The position numbers and the translations under genes were made by a program. Below the pieces are notes generated by a model, which ran no database searches, was not told the DNA's origin, and saw only the letters and a list, made by a program, of their open reading frames with translations. DNA of 32,000 nt from positions 120,001 to 152,000 of the forward strand of contig JBAYVT010000001.1 in assembly GCA_041674405.1 (NCBI GenBank), read 5' to 3'. Source of the DNA: Patescibacteria group bacterium (lineage in GTDB: Bacteria > Patescibacteriota > UBA1384 > XYA2-FULL-43-10). Shown piece by piece: positions 19,898-27,941 of this stretch. The first letter of the stretch is position 1; every line of letters begins with the position of its first letter.

Positions 19898-20683
19898 ATG
19901 AAAATATCTATCGTCATGCCTGTGTATAATCGTGAAGATTTCTTACCAGAAGTCTTGCAAAGCTATTTCAACCAAACGGATAAGGACTGGGAACTAATAA
20001 TTGTCGATGATTGCAGCATAGATTCGAGTTTCACAATCTGCCAAGATCTTGCCAAAAAAGATGATCGAATAAAATGTTTTCGCCTGAAAAAAAATTCTGG
20101 TGTTGCCATCGCAAGAGATTATGGCAACAAAAAAGCGAATGGAGATATTATTGTCGTTGCGGACTCTGATGATTTTGCCTATCCCGATAGAATCAAAATA
20201 ATTAGAGAGTATTTTGAAAAGAATCCTGATGCTGACATCTTCTATACCAATATGGATCTAAATTACATTGACGATGGAATAGTAAAACCTAGATTTTTTC
20301 AGCCTTATGTCAAAGATTTATTATATAACATAAATTTTGTGCCTAACGCATCTTCGTCTTATAAGAAATCGGCCTACGTCAAAGTAGAGGGCTACGATAG
20401 CGAGCAAAAGATTGGAGAAGACTACGATCTCTGGCTTCAGTTTTCTGATAAAAACATGAAGTTTGGTTATGACCCTCGGCCAACAGTAAAAGTTACTATG
20501 CATAAAAAAAGTATTCGTTCAGAAGAGCAAGATAAACACCGCTCATATATTGAGCGAGTTTGGAAAAAACATAAATCAGCCGGAGCTGATCTAACTCAGG
20601 TTAAACAATTGGCAAATAAAGAAACATATGACTTTTTCAGCCAACCAAATAAATTAGAACTATGGTTCAATATTAAGAATTAG
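19898..20683 (+). CDS. Glycosyltransferase family 2 (GT-A)
   Basis: MKISIVMPVYNREDFLPEVLQSYFNQTDKDWELIIVDDCSID...NGDIIVVADSDDFAYPDRIKI (DxD-like DSDD). Only + strand gene in this island; upstream AGAGGG ribosome-binding-like site. Confidence 0.95.
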   Translation: MKISIVMPVYNREDFLPEVLQSYFNQTDKDWELIIVDDCSIDSSFTICQDLAKKDDRIKCFRLKKNSGVAIARDYGNKKANGDIIVVADSDDFAYPDRIKIIREYFEKNPDADIFYTNMDLNYIDDGIVKPRFFQPYVKDLLYNINFVPNASSSYKKSAYVKVEGYDSEQKIGEDYDLWLQFSDKNMKFGYDPRPTVKVTMHKKSIRSEEQDKHRSYIERVWKKHKSAGADLTQVKQLANKETYDFFSQPNKLELWFNIKN

Positions 20684-21803
20684 CGATCAATCTTTTATAT
20701 AAACTCTCATATTGTGGAACAATTTTTCCAACAGAGAAATTTTCTTCAACTTTCTTTTTTGCATTTTCTGAAATTTTCTTGTACTCCCTTTCATCTGTTA
20801 GGACCTGAACAGCATATTCAGCCATTTTTGAAGTCTCACCAACCTCTACCAAAAAACCATTCTTTTGATGATCAATCATCTCGCTCATTCCGCCCACCCT
20901 GGTAGAAATGACCGGGACCCCCAAAGACATCGCTTCCAAAGATGACAAGCTAAAGTTCTCTTTTTCCGAGGGCAAAAGAAATAAATGAGAAATCGACAAT
21001 AGTTTTTCTATTGAGCTTTGCAAACCCAAGAAATGAATTTTATTTATCAGCCCGCGCTTGGACGCCAATTTATATGCCGTACGCTGTTCTGGCCCGTCGC
21101 CAATTAACAATAATCTGGAATCAACCTTCTTCTGAACTTCTTCAAATACTTTTATCACGTCTTCAATTCGTTTAACAGCGCGGAAGTTGGACATATGGGT
21201 AATGATCTTTGCATTATTGGTTCCAAAAACCTCTTTTAAATCCTCGGGTATTTTCTTAGGCGGTTTTATATCCACAAAATTGTAAATTACATCGATCTTT
21301 TCTTCTAATTTATATGCTTCTTTCGCTTCATCCACCATGGCTTTTGAAACAGAGGTAATTGCATCTGATTTGGAAATGGTAAAACCAACCGCATCTTTAA
21401 TTATTGGATCATGCCCAATAATTGAAACATCCGTCCCATGCAAAGTAGTCACGACTTTAACTTTTTTCCCGGCCCTCTCCACCATTTCTCGAGCAATGTA
21501 TGCAGACAGCGAATGGGGAACAGCGTAATGGCAATTGATAACCTGAATATTGTTCTGCATTACAACATTGTATATTTTATTTGCCAGAGTTAATGAATAG
21601 GGAGCAGTATCAAAAAGCGGATATTCAAATTGTTCAACTTCATGATAGAAAACATTTTTTTTCCACGGACCAATAAGCTTGAAAGGTACTTCGGATGCAA
21701 TAAAATGGACCTGGTGGCCCCTTTTTGCTAATTCGAGACCAAGAGAGGTACCGACAATTCCACTCCCGCCGCTTGAAGGATAACATATTATTGCAATTTT
21801 CAT
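20673..21803 (-). CDS. GT4 glycosyltransferase closely resembling N-acetyl-alpha-D-glucosaminyl L-malate synthase (BshA-like)
   Basis: MKIAIICYPSSGGSGIVGTSLGLELAKRGHQVHFIASEVPFKL..., VINCHYAVPHSLSAYIAREM, VVTTLHGTDVSIIGHDPIIKDAVGFTISKSDAITSVS, IDVIYNFVD, HMSNFRAVKRIEDV closely follow the BshA pattern. Confidence 0.85.
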   Translation of the reverse strand: MKIAIICYPSSGGSGIVGTSLGLELAKRGHQVHFIASEVPFKLIGPWKKNVFYHEVEQFEYPLFDTAPYSLTLANKIYNVVMQNNIQVINCHYAVPHSLSAYIAREMVERAGKKVKVVTTLHGTDVSIIGHDPIIKDAVGFTISKSDAITSVSKAMVDEAKEAYKLEEKIDVIYNFVDIKPPKKIPEDLKEVFGTNNAKIITHMSNFRAVKRIEDVIKVFEEVQKKVDSRLLLIGDGPEQRTAYKLASKRGLINKIHFLGLQSSIEKLLSISHLFLLPSEKENFSLSSLEAMSLGVPVISTRVGGMSEMIDHQKNGFLVEVGETSKMAEYAVQVLTDEREYKKISENAKKKVEENFSVGKIVPQYESLYKRLIANS

Positions 21804-21834
21804 ACTACTCTCCTGAATTTATTGATATGGTGAT

Positions 21835-22833
21835 TTAGTCCTTTTTTGCCGGCTTACGCAAGTACTCTGCTGCCTCTTCCGGAGACATTATATCGATTAT
21901 GACGCCGCTTCCAAGTTCGTATCCGCCATAATTGGCGAGGCGTGGTGTAATTTCGAGATGCCAGTGGTAAGAGGCAGAATTTTCGAAAGTATTTGGCAGT
22001 GAATGAATATAAAAGTTAAGCGGTATATTTTTAACATTTTTTTCCATTTTTTGCAAGACACAGTGGAGCGATTCACCCAAAGATTTCATGTGCGATTTAG
22101 GCGTATTTTCAAATTCGCTTTCATGGTTTTTGGGCAAAATCCAAGTTTCCATTGGGAATCTGGCAGCAAAGAACGTGATCGCAATAAAATTATCATTTTC
22201 ATAAACAATGCGAATTTTTTCTTTCTTTTCATGCTTGATAATGTCGCAAAAAACACAAACGCCGTTAATGCCATAATACCGCTCTGCGCCGTCCATTTCC
22301 CGCCCGACATTATTTGCTACAATTCCCGAGGCAAATATTTGCGCGTGGGGGTGTTCGATTGATGCAGCGGCCTCTGCTCCCTGATTGTATATTGGCATCA
22401 CAGAAACCACTCCTTCTACATTTTTCATATCTATATACCGGTCCTGGATGACTTCAAGCATTTCTGTGATTTTTGAACTATCGAAGGCGATCAAGTTTTC
22501 GTCGTGATTTTTTGCAATTATAACTTCGTGATCGCCGACAGCCGGCCTTGCCCTGTAAAAACCTTCCTCGGGATAGAAACTGCGGAGTTGCGTCTTGGAT
22601 TCTTTTTCGACGAATGCCGGGAACTTGTTCTCTATAACATAAAAATTTGTTGTTGCGGCTCTGCGAACTTTTTCATTTTGTTTGTATCCTTCCGATCCCT
22701 CGCAAAACGGGCATTTGGACTTATCAGAAACTTTGACGCTTGGTGGAATTACAAAATCCTGCGGCCTCTTTGCTCGCTCCGGAGCAATAACAACCCACTC
22801 TCCGGTTATAATATTTTGTCTTAACTGAGGCAT
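21835..22833 (-). CDS. Galactose-1-phosphate uridylyltransferase-like (HIT superfamily)
   Basis: MPQLRQNIITGEWVVIAPERAKRPQDF, CPFCEGSEG, GAEAAASIEHPHAQIFASGIV, NSASYHWHLEITPRLANYGGYELGSGVIID. Confidence 0.93.
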   Translation of the reverse strand: MPQLRQNIITGEWVVIAPERAKRPQDFVIPPSVKVSDKSKCPFCEGSEGYKQNEKVRRAATTNFYVIENKFPAFVEKESKTQLRSFYPEEGFYRARPAVGDHEVIIAKNHDENLIAFDSSKITEMLEVIQDRYIDMKNVEGVVSVMPIYNQGAEAAASIEHPHAQIFASGIVANNVGREMDGAERYYGINGVCVFCDIIKHEKKEKIRIVYENDNFIAITFFAARFPMETWILPKNHESEFENTPKSHMKSLGESLHCVLQKMEKNVKNIPLNFYIHSLPNTFENSASYHWHLEITPRLANYGGYELGSGVIIDIMSPEEAAEYLRKPAKKD

Positions 22834-22918
22834 CTTAAACCCTCCGCGACACCTTAATTATTCAGATAGTTTGTCGCGCCCCTCGTAGCTCATAGAGCGA
22901 AGTGGGGCAAATTTAATT

Positions 22919-23425
22919 CTATTTTTTTAGATTGATGTTGGTTTGTGCATGCGTGATTGCAACCGCCAACGCATCTGCCGCATCATCTGGTTTGGGGCAT
23001 GATTTGAGTTTGCAAATAATTTTAACCATCTCCTGAATTTGGGATTTTTCCGCTCTGCCATATCCCGTAAGCGCTTGCTTAACCTGCAACGGCGTATATT
23101 CATAAACCGGAAGATTCGCGCCTTTTGCACACACTATGGCCACACCCCTAGCCTCAGCTACCGAAATGACAGTTTTTTGGTTCTTGAAAAAAAACAGGCT
23201 CTCAATTGCTACTTGGTCTGGTTTTTCCTTTTCAATTATATCAGACAGGCTTTTGTAAATAAAATTCAATCGGTCAGGCTGGTTGAGATTGGCGCGGGTG
23301 CGAATACAACCATATTTAACAGGTCTTATGCCACCTGAAGCCTTCTCTATAACCCCATAACCCATAATCCCAGTACCCGGATCGATGCCTAAGATCTTAA
23401 TTGTTTCATTGCTAAATTGTTTCAT
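22919..23425 (-). CDS. ruvC: Crossover junction endodeoxyribonuclease RuvC
   Basis: KILGIDPGTGIMGYGVIEK, DQVAIESLFFFKNQKTVISVAEARGVAI, EYTPLQVKQALTGYGRAEKSQIQEMVK, KPDDAADALAVAITH. Confidence 0.96.
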   Translation of the reverse strand: MKQFSNETIKILGIDPGTGIMGYGVIEKASGGIRPVKYGCIRTRANLNQPDRLNFIYKSLSDIIEKEKPDQVAIESLFFFKNQKTVISVAEARGVAIVCAKGANLPVYEYTPLQVKQALTGYGRAEKSQIQEMVKIICKLKSCPKPDDAADALAVAITHAQTNINLKK

Positions 23426-23476
23426 TGCTTCCGCGTTTATCCGCGCAATTCAATCCGCGGTTGGAATTTTTTTAAC

Positions 23477-24202
23477 TTAAAGATTTACATTGATGTAAAT
23501 CTTACTCACATCATCCAGGTCATCAAGCGCATCCATTAGCTTCATCAAAGATTCTTTTTTGTCTTCAGCAATATCTATAGAAGTATTCGGTTTCATCGAA
23601 GGTTCAGCTGATTCTAGCACAATTTTTGCACTCTCCAGGCTGGTTTTCACATTATTTAGATCAGAAAAATTGGTGTATATATAGTACATACTATCATCTT
23701 TTTCGAAATCCTCGGCTCCTGAGTCGATTATCGCTTCCTCAAGTTCTTCATCTTTTAAATTGTTTTTAGTCTCATCGACTATGATCTCACCAACTTTTTT
23801 AAATTGATAATTTACGCTACCCGGCCCAGCAAGGGACCCACCGTTTCGATTTAATATTGCTTTGATATCGGCGACTGTACGATTTTTGTTGTCAGTAAGG
23901 CATTCTACTAAAAGTCCAGCCCCACCAGAACCATAAACTTCATATACAACCTCTTCAATAGCCGCTGCATCTCCTCCGCCTGAACCTCGCTGTATGGCCC
24001 GCTCGATGTTTTCTTTTGGCATGCTTGCTGCCTTGGCGTTATCGACAGCCATACGGAGTGTCGGATTAGATGCTGGATCCCCCCCACCATCGCGCGCAGC
24101 AATCGTGATTAGTTTACCGAGCTTGGTAAATATTTTGCCGCGCTTGGCGTCAATCACTGCTTTTTTTCTTTTAGTCGTTGCCCATTTGCTATGTCCGGAC
24201 AT
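23477..24202 (-). CDS. yebC: YebC/PmpR family transcriptional/translation regulator
   Basis: MSGHSKWATTKRKKAVIDAKRGKIFTKLGKLITIAARDGGGDPASNPTLRMAVDNAKAASMPKENIERAIQRG. The ORF track start at 24316 adds 38 residues with no family resemblance; the canonical MSGHSKW start is at 24202. Confidence 0.96.
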   Translation of the reverse strand: MSGHSKWATTKRKKAVIDAKRGKIFTKLGKLITIAARDGGGDPASNPTLRMAVDNAKAASMPKENIERAIQRGSGGGDAAAIEEVVYEVYGSGGAGLLVECLTDNKNRTVADIKAILNRNGGSLAGPGSVNYQFKKVGEIIVDETKNNLKDEELEEAIIDSGAEDFEKDDSMYYIYTNFSDLNNVKTSLESAKIVLESAEPSMKPNTSIDIAEDKKESLMKLMDALDDLDDVSKIYINVNL

Positions 24203-24266
24203 ATCGAAATCTCCAAATAATTTTACCCTTGCATGATACTTGAAAACGGCCCTGATTTCAATCTTG

Positions 24267-25127
24267 TCAGTTTGGAGAAATACCTCCAGGGGTAAGAGAA
24301 AACCCGATTGTGCCATCTCGGTCGGTGCGGTAGTCTTGGATATTTCGGGAATTTAATAAATCAAGAGTTGCTGCATGCGGATGGCCATATTTATTCTCCA
24401 CGCCAACCTCAATAACTGCCACCTGAGGATTGATTTCGTTCAGTGTTGTGGCATTTGTCCCGTTTGTCGAGCCATGGTGAGAAATTTTCAAAAGATCGGC
24501 AGAATAATCTACATTATTTGCTTTTAACTGAGCATATGCAATTGCCTGTTCGTCGGTTTCCATATCGCCGAGAAAATCGGCGCAATGAGAAAATTCGCAA
24601 AAACGGACAAATTCCGAAGTATTGTTCAGGTTATCTCCTGAGATTCCCAAATATTTCTTGCCCGGCCAAAGAAATTGCAATTCAGCATCGCCAAAAACAG
24701 AAATCTTGTCTCCAATTTCCGGAATGGACATTGGGATATTTTTAGATGTAACAGCGTTCAAAAAATTAAGATATTGATCACTTGTTGTGATAGAACCGGA
24801 TGAATAAATCTGCCCAACCTCATATCTTTGAATGATTTGATTAATTCCAGTTAAGTGGTCTGCATGAGGATGAGTCAAAATGACGATGTCAATTCTTCGA
24901 TCAGTGATCGGCATGATTTTTCCAATTTCTGAAAGGATGCTGTCATCCGGACCGCCATCGATAAGAATTTGATAATCACCTTTTTGTATCAGTTCCGCAT
25001 CCCCTTGGCCAACATTTAAGAAATATATATTGAGACTATCTGTTGTGGGGCTTTTGGCGATTGTAACCCAAAGAAAAATCAAAATTATTATCAAAACCCC
25101 CAATATAATTTTTGTGATTCTTCTCAT
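24267..25127 (-). CDS. ComEC C-terminal-type metallo-beta-lactamase-fold protein
   Basis: LNIYFLNVGQGDAELIQKGDYQILIDGGPDDSILSEIG, IDIVILTHPHADHLTGINQII, ADLLKISHHGSTNGTN, NKYGHPHAATLDLL. N-terminal TM. Confidence 0.93.
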   Translation of the reverse strand: MRRITKIILGVLIIILIFLWVTIAKSPTTDSLNIYFLNVGQGDAELIQKGDYQILIDGGPDDSILSEIGKIMPITDRRIDIVILTHPHADHLTGINQIIQRYEVGQIYSSGSITTSDQYLNFLNAVTSKNIPMSIPEIGDKISVFGDAELQFLWPGKKYLGISGDNLNNTSEFVRFCEFSHCADFLGDMETDEQAIAYAQLKANNVDYSADLLKISHHGSTNGTNATTLNEINPQVAVIEVGVENKYGHPHAATLDLLNSRNIQDYRTDRDGTIGFSLTPGGISPN

Positions 25128-26668
25128 AAAATTATTCTAAATTTTCTAATACCAAAAAACAAAAAAATTATTATGCAAGAATAAAGAAATAAAACTAAAA
25201 CAATTGAATTTTGGCCAAATTCGAACGATGAAAACGGCAGCACTGAAGCGATTTCAGTAGCCTTGATAACATATGTTAAAACTGGCCAAGCGAGTAATGC
25301 AAGAATTTTTCCCAAATAATAGTATATTATTCCTGATAGGCCAGCAATGAACGAGACCAGCATGGCAAGTGGCAGAATCCAAAGAACCAGAAAATTAGCA
25401 ATCGGAGCAATCAGCGAAAACCTACCAAAAACATAGATAATGAGTGGAAAAACAGCGATTTGTGCCGATAGGGTTTCAACGAATGGTAATTTTATCCAAT
25501 CGGGCCAGTTTCGAAATCTTGATGAATCAAATAGCCTTGAAATGATAGGAGAGAAATAAATTAGGCCAGCAAATGCAAGAAACGAAAGCTGAAAACCAAT
25601 ATCATTTGTAAGAATAAAGGGATTTGCAAGAATCATAATTATTGCCGCAAGCAACATCATATTTGTCTGATCTGCTTTGCGGCCAACTGTCGACCCATAA
25701 ATTACCAACGTTGAAAATATTCCCGCCCTTATCACACTTGAGGCAGCACCAGTCATGATCACAAACAATGTTACAAGCACGACTCCGGCCCAGAAAGTTT
25801 TTCTTTTTCCTAGATGCTGGACAAGTAATTGTGAAAAAACCAGCATGATTATTGTCACGTTATATCCAGAAAGTGCAACAATATGGGTTAGGCCGGTTCT
25901 GTTTAAATCATCGGTTAAATCGGCTGGAATATTTCTCTTGATTCCAAGAACAAGTCCCGCGGCAAGCGATGCTTGGGGTTCCGGGAGAATACTATTGATC
26001 GACTGCTCAAAGTATGATGATATCATATACAATATCCTGATTGAATGCGTAATCATACTCTGATTTTTTCCACTTTTAAATACTGAATCAGGATTTTGAA
26101 TAATCCCCGAAACCAGATTTTTCTTAAGAAATTTTTTATACGATGGATCAATGCTGCTACTCGTGCTTGACTCCACATTTCCAGATAGCTCGACATAATC
26201 GCCATATTCAAGAATTGGAATTTTTGGCAAATCGGCCTGAATTCTTGGTTCGGAACTTGAAATAGTCGTGCCATCGACATTTTTTACTGAAATTTCGACG
26301 CGTTGTTTTTCATAATCAACTTGCGGGTTATTTGCTATCATTCCGACAATTTTCACATCGCCAAATTTTGGCATCTCGGCCACCCGGCTCGAAAACAAGG
26401 AATAAAGCAATAAAGCTAAAAAAATTATTACAAATGACCAAGCAATGATAGTTAAAAGGCGATTTTTAAGTAGAAAATTTACAAGTGTGAAAAATATTAG
26501 AGATATGATGGTAAATAAAATAATTTGCCATGATCGAGCAAAATCAACAGCAGTGTATGACGAGATAAAAATCCCTACAATAAATACTAGAGCATAAATT
26601 GTAAACACTCGATATGGCGGAATCATTTTTGATTGTAATGTTTTCATCGCTGTTGAAAACCCATTCAT
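25124..26668 (-). CDS. comEC: ComEC/Rec2 channel (Competence) domain protein with N-terminal DUF4131-like/OB region, lacking the MBL domain
   Basis: LAAGLVLGIKRNIPADLTDDLNRTGLTHIVALSGYNVTIIMLV is the hallmark ComEC motif. Multi-pass; shares a 4-nt stop/start overlap with the MBL ORF. Confidence 0.93.
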   Translation of the reverse strand: MNGFSTAMKTLQSKMIPPYRVFTIYALVFIVGIFISSYTAVDFARSWQIILFTIISLIFFTLVNFLLKNRLLTIIAWSFVIIFLALLLYSLFSSRVAEMPKFGDVKIVGMIANNPQVDYEKQRVEISVKNVDGTTISSSEPRIQADLPKIPILEYGDYVELSGNVESSTSSSIDPSYKKFLKKNLVSGIIQNPDSVFKSGKNQSMITHSIRILYMISSYFEQSINSILPEPQASLAAGLVLGIKRNIPADLTDDLNRTGLTHIVALSGYNVTIIMLVFSQLLVQHLGKRKTFWAGVVLVTLFVIMTGAASSVIRAGIFSTLVIYGSTVGRKADQTNMMLLAAIIMILANPFILTNDIGFQLSFLAFAGLIYFSPIISRLFDSSRFRNWPDWIKLPFVETLSAQIAVFPLIIYVFGRFSLIAPIANFLVLWILPLAMLVSFIAGLSGIIYYYLGKILALLAWPVLTYVIKATEIASVLPFSSFEFGQNSIVLVLFLYSCIIIFLFFGIRKFRIIL

Positions 26669-26712
26669 TTTGTTATATTATCTATGATTGATGGTAAATA
26701 AGAAATACGACA

Positions 26713-27198
26713 ATGAAAAAACGAGATAAACAAATTGACGAGGTCAAGGAGCTGGAAGCCAAAGTCGCCGAACTCACAGCCGGTTGGCAGAGGACACAAG
26801 CCGATTTTATGAACTATAAAAAACAGGCTGCTGAAGACCGGGCAAAATTGATCGAATCTGCATGCTCTGCACTTATTTATGATATTCTGCCGGTCTTGGA
26901 TCACTTTCAACTCGCAGCTAGACATCTACCAAAAGATCTTGAAAATAATGACTGGGCAATCGGAATCAAGCATATAGAGAAACAATTCGAGACTATACTC
27001 TCCGAGAATGGTCTGACAAAAATCGAAACTGTCGGAAAACAATTTGATCCTCACTTACATGAAGCTGTGGAAGAGGTCGAATCCGACGAGCCAGAAGGAA
27101 CTATTGCCGAAGAAACTTTGGCAGGATATGCATTCAATGGATCTGTGCTGCGTGCAGCCAAAGTAAAAGTTGTAAAAAATATTCCACCAAAGAGCTAA
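26713..27198 (+). CDS. grpE: Nucleotide exchange factor GrpE
   Basis: ELEAKVAELTAGWQRTQADFMNYKKQAAEDRAK...LPVLDHFQLAARHL..., GLTKIETVGKQFDPHLHEAVEEVESDEPEGTIAEETLAGYAFNGSVLRAAKVKV. Confidence 0.95.
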   Translation: MKKRDKQIDEVKELEAKVAELTAGWQRTQADFMNYKKQAAEDRAKLIESACSALIYDILPVLDHFQLAARHLPKDLENNDWAIGIKHIEKQFETILSENGLTKIETVGKQFDPHLHEAVEEVESDEPEGTIAEETLAGYAFNGSVLRAAKVKVVKNIPPKS

Positions 27199-27242
27199 GA
27201 GCCAATACCCGCAATGAGGTTAATTTTGCGGACATATTTTTT

Positions 27243-27317
27243 CGTGGTGAAGCTGATGAATAGGATATCAGCACCCATACGGGAAGTCAGCCGGTTCGAT
27301 TCCGGCCACCGCGACCA
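27243..27317 (+). other. tRNA-like element (degenerate or atypical tRNA) with encoded CCA
   Basis: 7-bp acceptor-like stem CGTGGTG/CACCGCG, discriminator A and CCA. Perfect 5-bp T-arm GCCGG-TTCGATT-CCGGC. D-arm-like hairpin GCTGAT..ATCAGC with GG in the loop. No canonical 17-nt anticodon arm can be drawn. Confidence 0.45.
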
Positions 27318-27461
27318 TTCGACTCGTTTCACTCGCTCATGGCAAGCCAAAACGAAAAGTGAATCCATTCGACTCTCTTTGCTCAGCCCAAATGGTCCCC
27401 TTCGGGGCTCATGGTAAACCGTCTGCCTCACCGATTATGGTGGGGCAGAATCCTAATAAGG

Positions 27462-27467
27462 TATAAT
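27462..27467 (+). promoter_or_regulatory. Candidate -10 box (TATAAT) for the RNHCP gene
   Basis: Perfect TATAAT at 27462-27467, six nt before ATG at 27474. No obvious ribosome-binding site between them and no convincing -35 identified. Confidence 0.4.
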
Positions 27468-27473
27468 GAAGCC

Positions 27474-27941
27474 ATGCAACAAAAAACGAAAAAAGATACT
27501 ATTGAAGAACGCAATGGCGGATTCGCCTGTGCGCATTGTAAGAAATGGGTAAATTTTTCTGACACGATCGGAACACATCATAGAAATCATTGCCCCTATT
27601 GCCTCTGGTCCCTGCACGTTGACGACAAAGTTTCCGGCGACCGCAAGGCAGACTGCCATAGTAGCATGGAGCCGATTGGATTGACGCTCAAAGAGGAAGG
27701 AATCGACAAATACGGGAACAAGAAACAGGGTGATGTGATGATTATTCATCAGTGTAAAAAATGTAGCAAAATTTCAATCAACCGCATCGCCGCCGATGAT
27801 GGCAATGAAAAAATATTAGATCTATTGAACTATAAAATTGATTCTAAAACAAAAAAAGATCTCAGGGACTCTTCTATTGTTGTACTCAATCAATCAAATT
27901 ATCCAGAAATTAAAACAGCTCTAATCGGTAAGAACATTTGA
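27474..27941 (+). CDS. RNHCP-domain protein
   Basis: FACAHCKKWVNFSDTIGTHHRNHCPYCLWSLHVDDKVSGDRKADCHSSMEPIGL...HQCKKCSKISINRIAADD. The preferred start is the internal Met (MQQKTKK), just after a TATAAT box; the ORF track start is 27411. Confidence 0.82.
   Translation: MQQKTKKDTIEERNGGFACAHCKKWVNFSDTIGTHHRNHCPYCLWSLHVDDKVSGDRKADCHSSMEPIGLTLKEEGIDKYGNKKQGDVMIIHQCKKCSKISINRIAADDGNEKILDLLNYKIDSKTKKDLRDSSIVVLNQSNYPEIKTALIGKNI

Noticed and set aside
22003-22362. Plus-strand 119-aa ORF within the GalT-like gene
   Set aside because: Antisense shadow of a well-supported HIT-superfamily protein.
26669-26712. CIRCE heat-shock operator upstream of grpE
   Set aside because: The TTAGCACTC-N9-GAGTGCTAA pattern is not present in the short intergenic region.
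26665-26925. Minus-strand 86-aa ORF antisense to grpE
   Set aside because: GrpE on the plus strand is clear, and the antisense product has no family resemblance.
27243-27317. Canonical tRNA-Pro or initiator tRNA
   Set aside because: Acceptor and T arms fit, but I tried all registers for a 5-bp/7-nt anticodon arm and none paired. Kept only as tRNA-like.
27195-27431. Minus-strand 78-aa ORF over the tRNA-like element and its repeats
   Set aside because: The T-arm, acceptor stem and encoded CCA on the plus strand explain the sequence better than a protein.
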